This document shows positions 1 to 7,477 of a DNA stretch of 10,055 nt, piece after piece. This DNA comes from Octopus sinensis (Eukaryota), in contig NW_021827473.1 of the NCBI RefSeq assembly GCF_006345805.1, positions 1 through 10,055 of the forward strand, read 5' to 3'. Below the pieces are notes generated by a model. The model did no database searches, was not told where the DNA came from, and worked only from the letters and a program-made list of their open reading frames with translations. The position numbers were made by a program, and so were the translations under genes. Position 1 is the stretch's first letter; the number at the start of each line of letters is the position of its first letter.

Positions 1-254
1 GTTCGTATCTTTTTTTTTTTAGCATTGAATGAAAGTGACTTATGTGGTGTTTCTCTACATGTTAGATGTTACATGCTTTTGTATGCTGGTACCCTGTTTA
101 TAATTATTCATGCGATATGCGATGTTTGCCTTTATATCTTTATCTTTGTATCAACTGAATTTTGAATGTGGGTTTTTTTGGTAGCCAAAATGTAGCAAGT
201 TAGCGTGCTGTTTGGATATTCATCGGCGTCGTCCCTTTCAAAGTACTCGTCTTC

Positions 255-420
255 AAGTGGGATTGATCGATTAGATCAAGCTTAGTATTTGACTGATACA
301 TTGTTTTGTCAATCCCGAAAGGATGAAAGACAAATCTGATCTTGGCACAGAACATAAGGAGCCATGAGAGATGCTGCTAAGAATGTTGGCCGACATACTA
401 ACGAGTCTTTCAGCTCACCG
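255..420 (-). mobile_element. Degenerate tRNA-derived SINE (Octopus OK-like, Nin-type central domain)
   Basis: Shares the block TCAATCCCGAAAGGATG(A/G)AAG(A/G)CAAA (309-334) with the copy at 441-597. The minus strand starts CGGTGAGCTGAAAGACTCGTTAGTATGTCGG, a decayed tRNA-like head. Family assignment is from recall of Octopus OK/Nin-domain SINEs. Confidence 0.65.
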
Positions 421-597
421 TATTATTATTATTAATAATGATGGTTTCAAATTTTGGCACAAGGCCACCAATTTCAGGGGATAGGGTAAATCGATTACAT
501 AGATCCCTGTGTTCAACTGGTACTTAATTTATCAATCCCGAAAGGATGGAAGGCAAAATCAGGCTCGGTGGAATTTGAATTCAGAATGTAAAGGCGA
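421..597 (-). mobile_element. tRNA-derived SINE (OK-like/Nin domain), 5' part of head missing, (AAT)-type tail at 421-440
   Basis: Minus strand reads TTCTGAATTCAAATTCCACCGAG (B-box-like), then TTTTGCCTTCCATCCTTTCGGGATTGATAAATTAAGTACCAGT (Nin-like), then GGCCTTGTGCCAAAATTTGAAACCAT plus a simple-repeat tail. It lies head-to-tail with the 255-420 copy. Confidence 0.75.

Positions 598-602
<5 letters not shown>

Positions 603-672
<70 letters not shown>
603..672. repeat. (TAA)n microsatellite, 5' flank of R4/Dong copy A1
   Basis: Perfect TAA array read directly. Confidence 0.97.
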
Positions 673-673
<1 letters not shown>

Positions 674-1217
674 GAAGCTATGCCAACATTATGGAATAAC
701 AACAGAAAAAAGATGGTATAGGCACACACCAGAAAAGGCCACAGAAAACGAGAAAGCAACCATACTCTGGGATATGCCGATACACACAGATAGAGAAATT
801 AAGGCCAACAGACCAGATATAGTTGTCAGAGATCATGAAGAAAAAAAATGCTTTCTAATTGATGTATCAATACCGGCAGATGACAACGTGTCTCTAAAAG
901 AAATGGAGAAACTCTCAAAATACAAAGACCTGGAAATAGAGGTAAGGAATGTAGAATCTAAAAACAGAAACAATTCCTATCATAGTAGGTGCATTAGGCA
1001 TGATAAAAAAATTTCAGACAAATACATAACAAAAACACCAGGACTTACAACACATATAACATACAGAAAATTGCACTACTAGGCACTGCACACATCCTAC
1101 GCAGAACACTTTCCATACAATAACCATCAGAGCATCACAACAAATCACAGCACATACCCAAGGCACACAGAGCTGTGCTCGGTAGTGAAGTGAAAGCACG
1201 CTATAAAAATAAAACTA

Positions 1218-1220
<3 letters not shown>
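672..1220 (+). mobile_element. 5'-truncated R4/Dong-clade non-LTR retrotransposon, copy A1 (REL endonuclease C-terminus plus 3' UTR), frameshifted
   Basis: From 672: WKLCQHYGITTEKRWYRHTPEKATENEKATILWDMPIHTDREIKANRPDIVVRDHEEKKCFLIDVSIPADDNVSLKEMEKLSKYKDLEIEV. After frameshifts: IPIIVGALG...QKIALLGTAHILRRTLSIQ* (TAA 1121-1123). ILWD, RPD..ID.SIP and KxxKY are hallmarks of the restriction-like endonuclease of R4-clade elements. Flanked on both sides by (TAA)n, the known Dong target. Confidence 0.9.
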
Positions 1221-1258
<38 letters not shown>

Positions 1259-1290
1259 CAACAACAACAACAGCAACAACAACAACAATA
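1221..1290. repeat. Compound (AAT)n(AAC)n microsatellite
   Basis: Read directly. Confidence 0.95.
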
Positions 1291-1618
1291 ACGTTGTTTT
1301 TTTTGTATAAAAGATGGGCTACAGCATATATTCTGCTCAATACCACAGATTTGCTTGTCAGTTGTTTGACCTTAACCAGTTGACCATGTCCCTTAGTGGC
1401 TGACGATATGTGCATCTCTGGTCATGAGTAGAAGTTGTGGAGGAGCATCATAGCCATGTGTTGAGAGGGATTCTTAGAGGTTTGGATAATTCACCTTCGG
1501 AAACATGGGTGTTTCGTTCAACATCCTTAAACAATCCTTATTCAGGGACCTTTTGAGCGGGATGAGTTACTCGATCTGAAGAAAATTCTAACTGGGCCCC
1601 ACCTGCAAGGTCATGCGC
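1291..1618. mobile_element. Unclassified non-coding segment, probably an interspersed repeat, fused to the 5' side of R4/Dong copy A2
   Basis: More GC-balanced than its surroundings, bounded on the left by (AAT/AAC)n, and running into copy A2 with no microsatellite at the junction. No similarity to the sequence upstream of the same point in A1. Resembles a high-copy Octopus repeat (recall only). Orientation unresolved. Confidence 0.5.
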
Positions 1619-1841
1619 ATAATAAAAAAATATTCAGACAAATACATAACAAAAACACCAGGACTTACAAACACATATAACATACAGAAAATTGCACTAC
1701 TGGGCATTGCACACATCCTACGCAGAACACTTTCCATACAATAACCATCAGAGCATCACAACAAATCACAGCACATACCTAAGGCACACAGAGCTGCGCT
1801 CGGTAGTGAAGTGAAAGCACGATATAAAAATAAAACTACTG
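1617..1841 (+). mobile_element. R4/Dong-clade 3' end, copy A2 (same family as A1)
   Basis: Direct repeat of 998-1220 with about 6 substitutions and 2 one-base indels by eye. Encodes IIKKYSDKYITKTPGLTNTYNIQKIALLGIAHILRRTLSIQ* (TAA 1742-1744). Ends at the same AAAACTACTG boundary, followed by an (AAT/GAT)n tract at 1842-1868. Confidence 0.9.
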
Positions 1842-2407
1842 AATGATAATAATAATAATGATAATGATACAGAAGAGAGTAATTGTGAAAATGTTGAGAT
1901 TAATGAAGATGAAGATGGACTGGAGATGAACTTGGGGCAAGCTCACTTAAAATTCAATTGAATTTTCTCTTCTTCGCTGCTGAATGTAATAAAGCGATGA
2001 ACGGCCCTCAATGTCTTTATAAGTGATGGCCCTGCACCGCACATTCAGACAATGGAGCAACACTGAAAGACACTTTGTTGCAAATAAACAAAGAAATATT
2101 AACGAACAATGGAACAGAAGGAAGAAAAGACAGGAGAAATAAAAGACGATATCACGAGGGAATGAAATTAACAGGTAGAGCTATAAACCAAGAATAAGAG
2201 AATGAACGCATGAATAACTGAAAAATAAAAGAATGGTATGAAATTTAGACCATCTGTTGAATGAGAGAATCAAGTAAATCATTTTTATTTCTACGCGGAA
2301 ATATGGAGTCAGTGGAAGAAACGGTTACAGTGATGTGTTAGGTTAATTAAACAGCTGGTGGTTAAAAATTATGTCCCCCTGCCGTTCTCTGTTCTAGATC
2401 TAGACGG

Positions 2408-2521
2408 TTTTGAACTCAGGATTTTAAACGAACGTAAAAAGAAACACCTCAGTGATAATATGCAAGCCTAAATGTCAAGCATTCAACTTCCGGCAACACT
2501 ACCCATAATGCCTCTCGCGTC
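2408..2521 (-). mobile_element. Possible highly decayed tRNA-derived SINE head
   Basis: TTTGAACTCAG...AACGTAAA...AAGCATT...CCGGC on + loosely parallels TTTGAATTCAGAATGTAAAGG (574-594) and the head at 361-420. Confidence 0.3.
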
Positions 2522-2724
2522 ATTGCTTCTCAAACAGTAAATGCGACAGTAATATGTGCCAACATCTTTTTCATTCTGAAGATTCCCCTAGGGAATTTTA
2601 GAAATGTCGATGATGGATTTAGGAAATTTACCTTGACACACAAACTGCTAGAAATGAATATGAAATAAACATGATAAAAAATGATGGAGAAAAACACAGT
2701 CGTGTTTTCAATATAACAGAATAC

Positions 2725-2905
2725 TACACACACGCGCACGCGCGCACACACACACACATAAGTAGATATAAAGACAGGCAGACAGATAGATAGAAGGGTA
2801 GATGTTTAGACAGACAGGCAGACAGATAGGTAAATAGATACATAGATACATAGACAGACAGACAGACAGACAGACAGACTGATGGATAGGTTAGTAGAAA
2901 AATAG
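2725..2905. repeat. (CA)n/(CG)n followed by imperfect (GACA)n/(GATA)n
   Basis: Read directly. Confidence 0.9.
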
Positions 2906-3070
2906 ATGATTCGGCAACGACACTCCGGTCTCAAGTCATTTCCGCTCTACCGGTCATTTTTTGCAACACCTGTCTTTATCCGGATTGTCCTTGCACAGGG
3001 GGGCATCCGGACTCCCGTCTTCGCCGTGAACAGGAATTTATCTCCTTTCTTCGCTTCTTCGCACCACCTG

Positions 3071-3114
<44 letters not shown>

Positions 3115-3169
3115 TAATAATAATGATGATGATGATGATGATGATGACGACGACAACAACAACAGCAAC
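3071..3169. repeat. Compound microsatellite (AAT)n(GAT)n(GAC)n(AAC)n
   Basis: Read directly. Confidence 0.95.
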
Positions 3170-3316
3170 CACACTGGTTGGCAACAATGATATTGTCTTT
3201 GTCGCTGTTCTGTTGAATCTTCAGCGTAGTTTGTTGCCTCAATTAATCATCATCGCCATCTTGTTAAGCAAATCAGCTGGAATGGTAACAGCTACTTCTA
3301 CAGATAGTAAAACTCT

Positions 3317-3369
3317 GTCGTATCGTCGTCGTCGTTGTTGTTGTTGTTGTTGTCGTCGTCGTCGTTGTC
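3317..3369. repeat. Compound microsatellite (GTC)n(GTT)n(GTC)n
   Basis: Read directly. Confidence 0.95.
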
Positions 3370-3487
3370 CAATAATGGACAGACAGTCAAACAGTGTTGT
3401 ATATAATATAACTGTAAAGTATTTATAAGATTACACTGATTCTTTTAGTTATATTTCTGCTTACTACCCGTCTACCAAAGCGAAACT

Positions 3488-3509
3488 GTAGTAGTAGTAG
3501 TAGTAGTAT

Positions 3510-3542
<33 letters not shown>

Positions 3543-3717
3543 CAGTAGCAGTAGCAGTAGTAGTAGTAGTAGTAGTAGTGGTAGTAGTAGTAATATAATA
3601 ATAATTATTATTATTTTTATTATTATACTCATCATCATCGTCGTCGTCATCATCATCATCATCATCTCATCGTCGTCATAATAATAATAATAATAATAAT
3701 AATAATTATTATTATTA

Positions 3718-3748
<31 letters not shown>

Positions 3749-3793
3749 CATTATTATTATTTTATTATTATTATTATTTTATTATTATTATTA

Positions 3794-3837
<44 letters not shown>

Positions 3838-3846
3838 TATTATTAT
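3488..3846. repeat. Long compound trinucleotide array: (TAG/CAG)n, (TAA)/(TTA), (ATC/GTC)n, (AAT)n, (ATT)n
   Basis: Read directly. AAT-to-ATT polarity switches near 3605 and 3705. Confidence 0.95.
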
Positions 3847-4001
3847 ATGTTTGACTTTTGCTTTATATTTGTACAAGTTGGCTCCAAATCTCACCCAGAG
3901 ACCTCAAGAGACAACAGGTTGGAAGTTCGTGATGTTGTTATGCCTAGTGTGCCATATATTTGGTTTTGTATTTAGTGTTGTACTAGTGAATGTCAAAAAA
4001 A

Positions 4002-4002
<1 letters not shown>
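3845..4002 (-). mobile_element. Probable 3' UTR-only fragment of another R4/Dong-type family (B)
   Basis: About 157 bp of complex sequence between two (TTA)n tracts. The minus strand ends TCTCTTGAGGTCTCTGGGTGAGATTTGGAG...AAAGCAAAAGTCAAACATA(TAA)n, a stem-loop then A-rich end like the neighbouring R4 UTRs. No coding remnant, so the call is inference plus recall. Confidence 0.55.

Positions 4003-4050
<48 letters not shown>
4002..4050. repeat. (TTA)n microsatellite between fragments B and C
   Basis: Read directly. Confidence 0.97.
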
Positions 4051-4051
<1 letters not shown>

Positions 4052-4700
4052 TTTTTTTTCTTCTTTCAAATTTGCTTCCATTTCTTGCCGATGTCTTCCC
4101 GACTCCTAGGGCAAAGAAACTCATATATACATTGGTAGGCCATTAAACCAAACTCAGTAGTTGTTCATTTTTTATTTTTTATTTTTTTTTAAGTTAAATT
4201 AAAATACATGAGCAGCAACAGTTCTCACATCGACAATGCTCTTCTCAATACGTGTGATGTACCAGTTAAGACAATCTTTTGCACTTCTTGCAGGGATGGT
4301 AAGCCAGGGATCATTCTCATATAATTTTCGGTTCCCTTCTTGATCATTCCTAGTGCTCCTACGATCACTGGTATTAACCGCCTTGAGATGCCACATTTTC
4401 TCAATTTCAATGAGTAGGTCTTTATATTTTCTGAGCTTGTCAAACTCTTTCGCTGAGATATTATGATCACAGGGGATGCTCATGTCGATCAATAAGCAAA
4501 CCTTATTGTTTTGGTCTTTCACAACAATATCTGGTTTATTGGCCTTGATGGTTCGGTCTGTATGTACTGGAAAGTCCCACAGAATGGCTACATTTTCTCC
4601 TTCAGTTACAGCCTCAGGGTGGTGATTATACCACTTGTCGGCAGTTTTGATATTGTAATGCCGACTTATTAGCCAGTGGAGATATTGGCCAACTCTGTCA

Positions 4701-4701
<1 letters not shown>
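4051..4701 (-). mobile_element. 5'-truncated R4/Dong-clade non-LTR retrotransposon, family C, one frameshift
   Basis: Minus strand: DRVGQYLHWLISRHYNIKTADKWYNHHPEAVTEGENVAILWDFPVHTDRTIKANKPDIVVKDQNNKVCLLIDMSIPCDHNISAKEFDKLRKYKDLLIEIEKMWHLKAV, frameshift near 4377, then IPVIVGALGMIKKGTENYMRMIPGLPSLQEVQKIVLTGTSHVLRRALSM* (stop 4227-4225). Colinear with the A1 protein but with a different 3' UTR (4051-4224). (TAA)n on its sense strand at both ends. Confidence 0.92.
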
Positions 4702-4769
<68 letters not shown>

Positions 4770-4780
4770 CATCATCATCA

Positions 4781-4853
<73 letters not shown>

Positions 4854-4897
4854 CTATCTATCTATCTATCTATCTACTATCTATCTATCTATCTATC
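4701..4897. repeat. (TTA)n(TCA)n(TTA)n(TATC)n compound microsatellite
   Basis: Read directly. Confidence 0.97.
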
Positions 4898-5888
4898 AAC
4901 CCTCTACCCTCTACCACTCAGGCAATGGGATCGATGGATTTCCTGCTTTGGAATTTTATAGGGTATTAGTGGCGGAGAAGTGCGACGACGTTCTCGAGGA
5001 GGCTATGGGCGCCAACGAGAACGAACTGGCGTCTGTTCCGGAGGACTTTCCTGTCAGAAAATATCATGGATAATTTCCAGATGTCCTTGGCCTGACAGTT
5101 CTACCGTGGGGGTGCTACCGGTTCGAGATAAACTGGACGTGCTGTTAGACGGGCTTGTCCGAGGTGCACGCAGAGTGATGAAATCGTTCTGCACGCCTTT
5201 GTTCGGTGTCCGGGCATTGCTGACTTGTGGGGTTATGCCGAACAGGTGCTACCATGTGTGGAACGGATCTGTCTGTTGGTCGACTCTGTAGTGGTGGTCG
5301 CGCCGCTACCCTCCTTCAAACGGGCTGGCAAAGCAGGTTTCCTTTGCCTGGTGGCTGTGGCGAAAGAGGTTGTTTGGTGGACAAGGCTGAAAGGCATGAG
5401 GACAGACACATTCCTCTTTTGGTAGAGCTCTCATTAACTTCTTCAACTTTAACTCGAAAAGGAAATGGAGAGTGGAGAGTGAAGTGCTGTCCTCGAGTGA
5501 GTTTATTGAAGGGTGAGTGGAAGTTACGAAAATGACAAGAGTGGATGGTACCTCTCTGAGTGTAGACCTGTGAGTCGGAGAGAAGGAATTAGAGTTTAGG
5601 GAAATTTCACACAGTGGGGTTCCTCTATTATCCTTAGAGGTCCTCCTGTATCAGGTGGGCCACATCTCTATTAACCACCCCACCCACCCCTTTTTTGAAA
5701 ACCTTTGTATGCTATGCATATGTCCCTTATTTTTCAATGCATATCGTATACTCTCTCTCTCTCTCTTTTTTTAATCATTTCATTCTTATACGTAAACCCC
5801 CACACCTGTAAGCAAATAAATGAAATCATTATTAATATTTTCGATATTGTCCACCATGTCCTGTGGCCTCGTGGCCAATGAAAGAAAT
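4897..5888 (+). mobile_element. 5'-truncated L1-group (Tx1-like) non-LTR retrotransposon: ORF2 C-terminus with CCHC knuckle plus 3' UTR, pseudogenised
   Basis: Broken frames give EKCDDVLEEAMGANENELASV, IMDNFQMSLA, LPVRDKL, then CPRCTQSDEIVLHAFVRCPGIADLWGYAEQVL (C-x2-C-x8-H-x4-C from 5156)...AKEVVWWTRLKG, and GRALINFFNFNSKRKWRVESEVL...VDGTSLSVDL* (TGA 5571-5573). LP..D.L followed by this knuckle and W is typical of the zf-RVT region of L1/Tx1 ORF2. The 3' boundary is inferred from the start of (CCT)n. Confidence 0.8.
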
Positions 5889-5926
5889 CCTCTTCCTCCT
5901 CCTCCTCCTCCTCCTCCTCCCCTTCC

Positions 5927-5988
<62 letters not shown>

Positions 5989-5990
5989 TT
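5889..5990. repeat. (CCT)n then (TTA)n microsatellite
   Basis: Read directly. Confidence 0.97.
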
Positions 5991-6071
5991 ATTAATAAAA
6001 GAAATAAAGGTAATGCTATGCAACTTCGTAATAATCTTTATTATTAATATTTTGATTGATATGATATGTTA

Positions 6072-6111
<40 letters not shown>

Positions 6112-6128
6112 TATATATATATATATAT
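6072..6128. repeat. (TA)n microsatellite
   Basis: Read directly. Confidence 0.97.
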
Positions 6129-6131
6129 TAT

Positions 6132-6278
6132 TATAGCATAGAGAATATGGCACTGCTGGGCACCGCATGCATCCTACGTAAAGCACTTTCAATACAATGG
6201 AAACAACAACTCAAACAAAGGTACGTGGAGCTGCTATTGTCAGTGCAATGAAAGGACGCAATAAAAATAATGTTATTG
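6132..6278 (+). mobile_element. Older diverged R4/Dong 3' end related to family A (copy A3)
   Basis: Translates YSIENMALLGTACILRKALSIQ versus YNIQKIALLGTAHILRRTLSIQ in A1. UTR AAGGTACGTGGAGCTG...AGTGCAATGAAAGGACGCAATAAAAATAATGTTATTG aligns to AAGGCACACAGAGCTG...AGTGAAGTGAAAGCACGCTATAAAAATAAAACTACTG. Followed by AATAATAGCAAT. Confidence 0.8.
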
Positions 6279-6300
6279 AATAATAGCAATAAAAAAACAT

Positions 6301-6485
6301 GAAAAAGAAAAGGAAAATATCGAGATTTAGTTACGGAAAGGTGGCGACTGTGGAGTGTTCGCTAGGTATCGTTACCAAGAATCTTGGTAGTTTCTTTAAT
6401 GAGATCAGTGTAACTATGAGAACAGCAGAATCGCATTATTACAGAAATCTGTTCTATTAGGAAGAGTAAAGATTGTTCACCGACG
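6301..6485 (+). mobile_element. Heavily decayed R4-clade endonuclease C-terminal remnant (family D)
   Basis: Manual translation across frameshifts gives KYRDLVTERWRLWSV / LGIVTKNLGSFFNEISVTMRT / ALLQKSVLLGRVKIVHR. The motif order matches KYKDL..E...W, LG...K, QK..LLG in A1 and C. Confidence 0.65.
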
Positions 6486-6804
6486 AACCGCCCATGAGGT
6501 CACAACGTACTGAAATTAAGACGTAATCTGACAGGACAATGCAACTGAAATTCCAGGACATATCAACAGTAATGCTTCTACGGTGGAATATGTAATAAGC
6601 AAAAGACCTGACAATGTGAAAGGGAAAGAATTTTAGTATTTCGTAGCGGTTACAGCTGTTTCATAATTTACTCCAAATAACACCATAACCCACCCCCAAA
6701 AAATCTTTCACGTTCTCTCGAAAGTTTATAAATGTTTATGACGTTAGCGATATATCATTCTCGCTGGTAAAGATAAATTTTCTGAAACGAATGGAAAAAT
6801 TCAT

Positions 6805-6891
6805 GACTGCTTCGGTACAATTGTGGTGGAACGCCTGTTATACGTACAGGAGATTTGAGTTCGAGAACCACGGGTAGCTTTCGACTTTTTT
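6805..6891 (+). pseudogene. tRNA-like relic (Val-TAC-like anticodon arm); tRNA pseudogene or SINE head
   Basis: Perfect stem CCTGT(6834-38)/ACAGG(6846-50) with 7-nt loop TATACGT. TGGTGG D-loop-like motif upstream, GTTCGA at 6859-6864 at tRNA-like spacing, weak acceptor pairing CTGCTT/GGGTAG, T6 run at 6886-6891. D and T stems are imperfect. Confidence 0.4.
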
Positions 6892-7037
6892 CTATCCAAA
6901 AGAGATTTTCAACGCAATATTTATAGCTCCATATTTGTTACGGGATCAACTTCCTAACCTTAACCACTATCTTTCTCGAGAGCAGAGAGCTTACCATAAG
7001 CTATGTGTGGTTTTTGAATCCCAATTCTTAAGTAAGC

Positions 7038-7110
7038 ATGTATGTATGTATGTATGTATGTATGTATGTATGTATGTATGTATGTATGTATGTATGTATC
7101 TATCTATCTA
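7038..7110. repeat. (TATG)n(TATC)n microsatellite
   Basis: Read directly. Confidence 0.97.
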
Positions 7111-7477
7111 ACAAATTTGCTTCCCAACCATATGTTTCCGGGTTCAGTATTACTGCGTGGCACCTTGGACAAGTGTCTTCTACTATAGCCTCAAGCCGAC
7201 GAGCCAACCAAAACGTTGTGAGTGGATTTGGTAAATGGAAACTGAAAGAAGCCCATCGTGTATATGTGTGTATGTGTATCTATGCGTGTGTGTCTCAATG
7301 TGTGTGTTTGTCCGCTACCACCGCTTGACAACTGGTGCTGGTGTGTTTATGCCTTCGTAACTTTGCGGATCGACAAAAAGACCGATAAAATGGGTGCTAG
7401 GTTAAAATGAGTACTAGTCCTTGGGTGGATTTGTTCAACTAAACCTCTTCAAAGTGGCACCCTAGCATGGTTGCAAC
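7111..7477 (+). mobile_element. tRNA-derived CORE-type SINE (Octopus OR2-like), A-box end missing, internal (TG/TA) tract
   Basis: CCGGGTTCAGTAT (B-box-like, ~7138-7150), CORE-like CACCTTGGACAAGTGTCTTCTACTATAGCCTC (7161-7192), GTGAGTGGATTTGGTAAATGGAAACTGAAAGAAGCCC, an internal dinucleotide repeat, and a 3' part ACCGATAAAATGGGTGCTAG...GGGTGGATTTGTTCAACT. Family name from recall. Confidence 0.75.

Noticed and set aside
774-1082. 102-aa ORF as a functional stand-alone nuclease gene (likewise 4199-4522)
   Set aside because: Homology extends upstream of the start codon and continues in other frames after frameshifts, so these are truncated retrotransposon remnants.
998-1841. ~225 bp direct repeats as LTRs of a small LTR/TRIM element
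   Set aside because: The repeats encode the R4 ORF C-terminus plus 3' UTR, lack TG...CA ends, and the first is continuous with upstream R4 coding sequence.
2626-2680. Possible 13-16 nt minus-strand microexon (TTTCTAGCAG|TTTGTGTGTCAAG|GTAAAT)
   Set aside because: Such signals arise readily by chance in AT-rich DNA, the lengths are not frame-preserving, and there is no independent support.
603-6000. Repeat-spacer-repeat pattern resembling a CRISPR array
   Set aside because: The repeats are variable-length microsatellites, the spacers are retroelement fragments, the context is eukaryotic and there are no cas genes.
509-6141. ORFs with poly-I, -L, -Y, -M, -S, -P or -H runs (509, 559, 2947, 2976, 3123, 3423, 3718, 3851, 4676, 5820, 5832, 5863)
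   Set aside because: Translations of trinucleotide microsatellites with no domain content.
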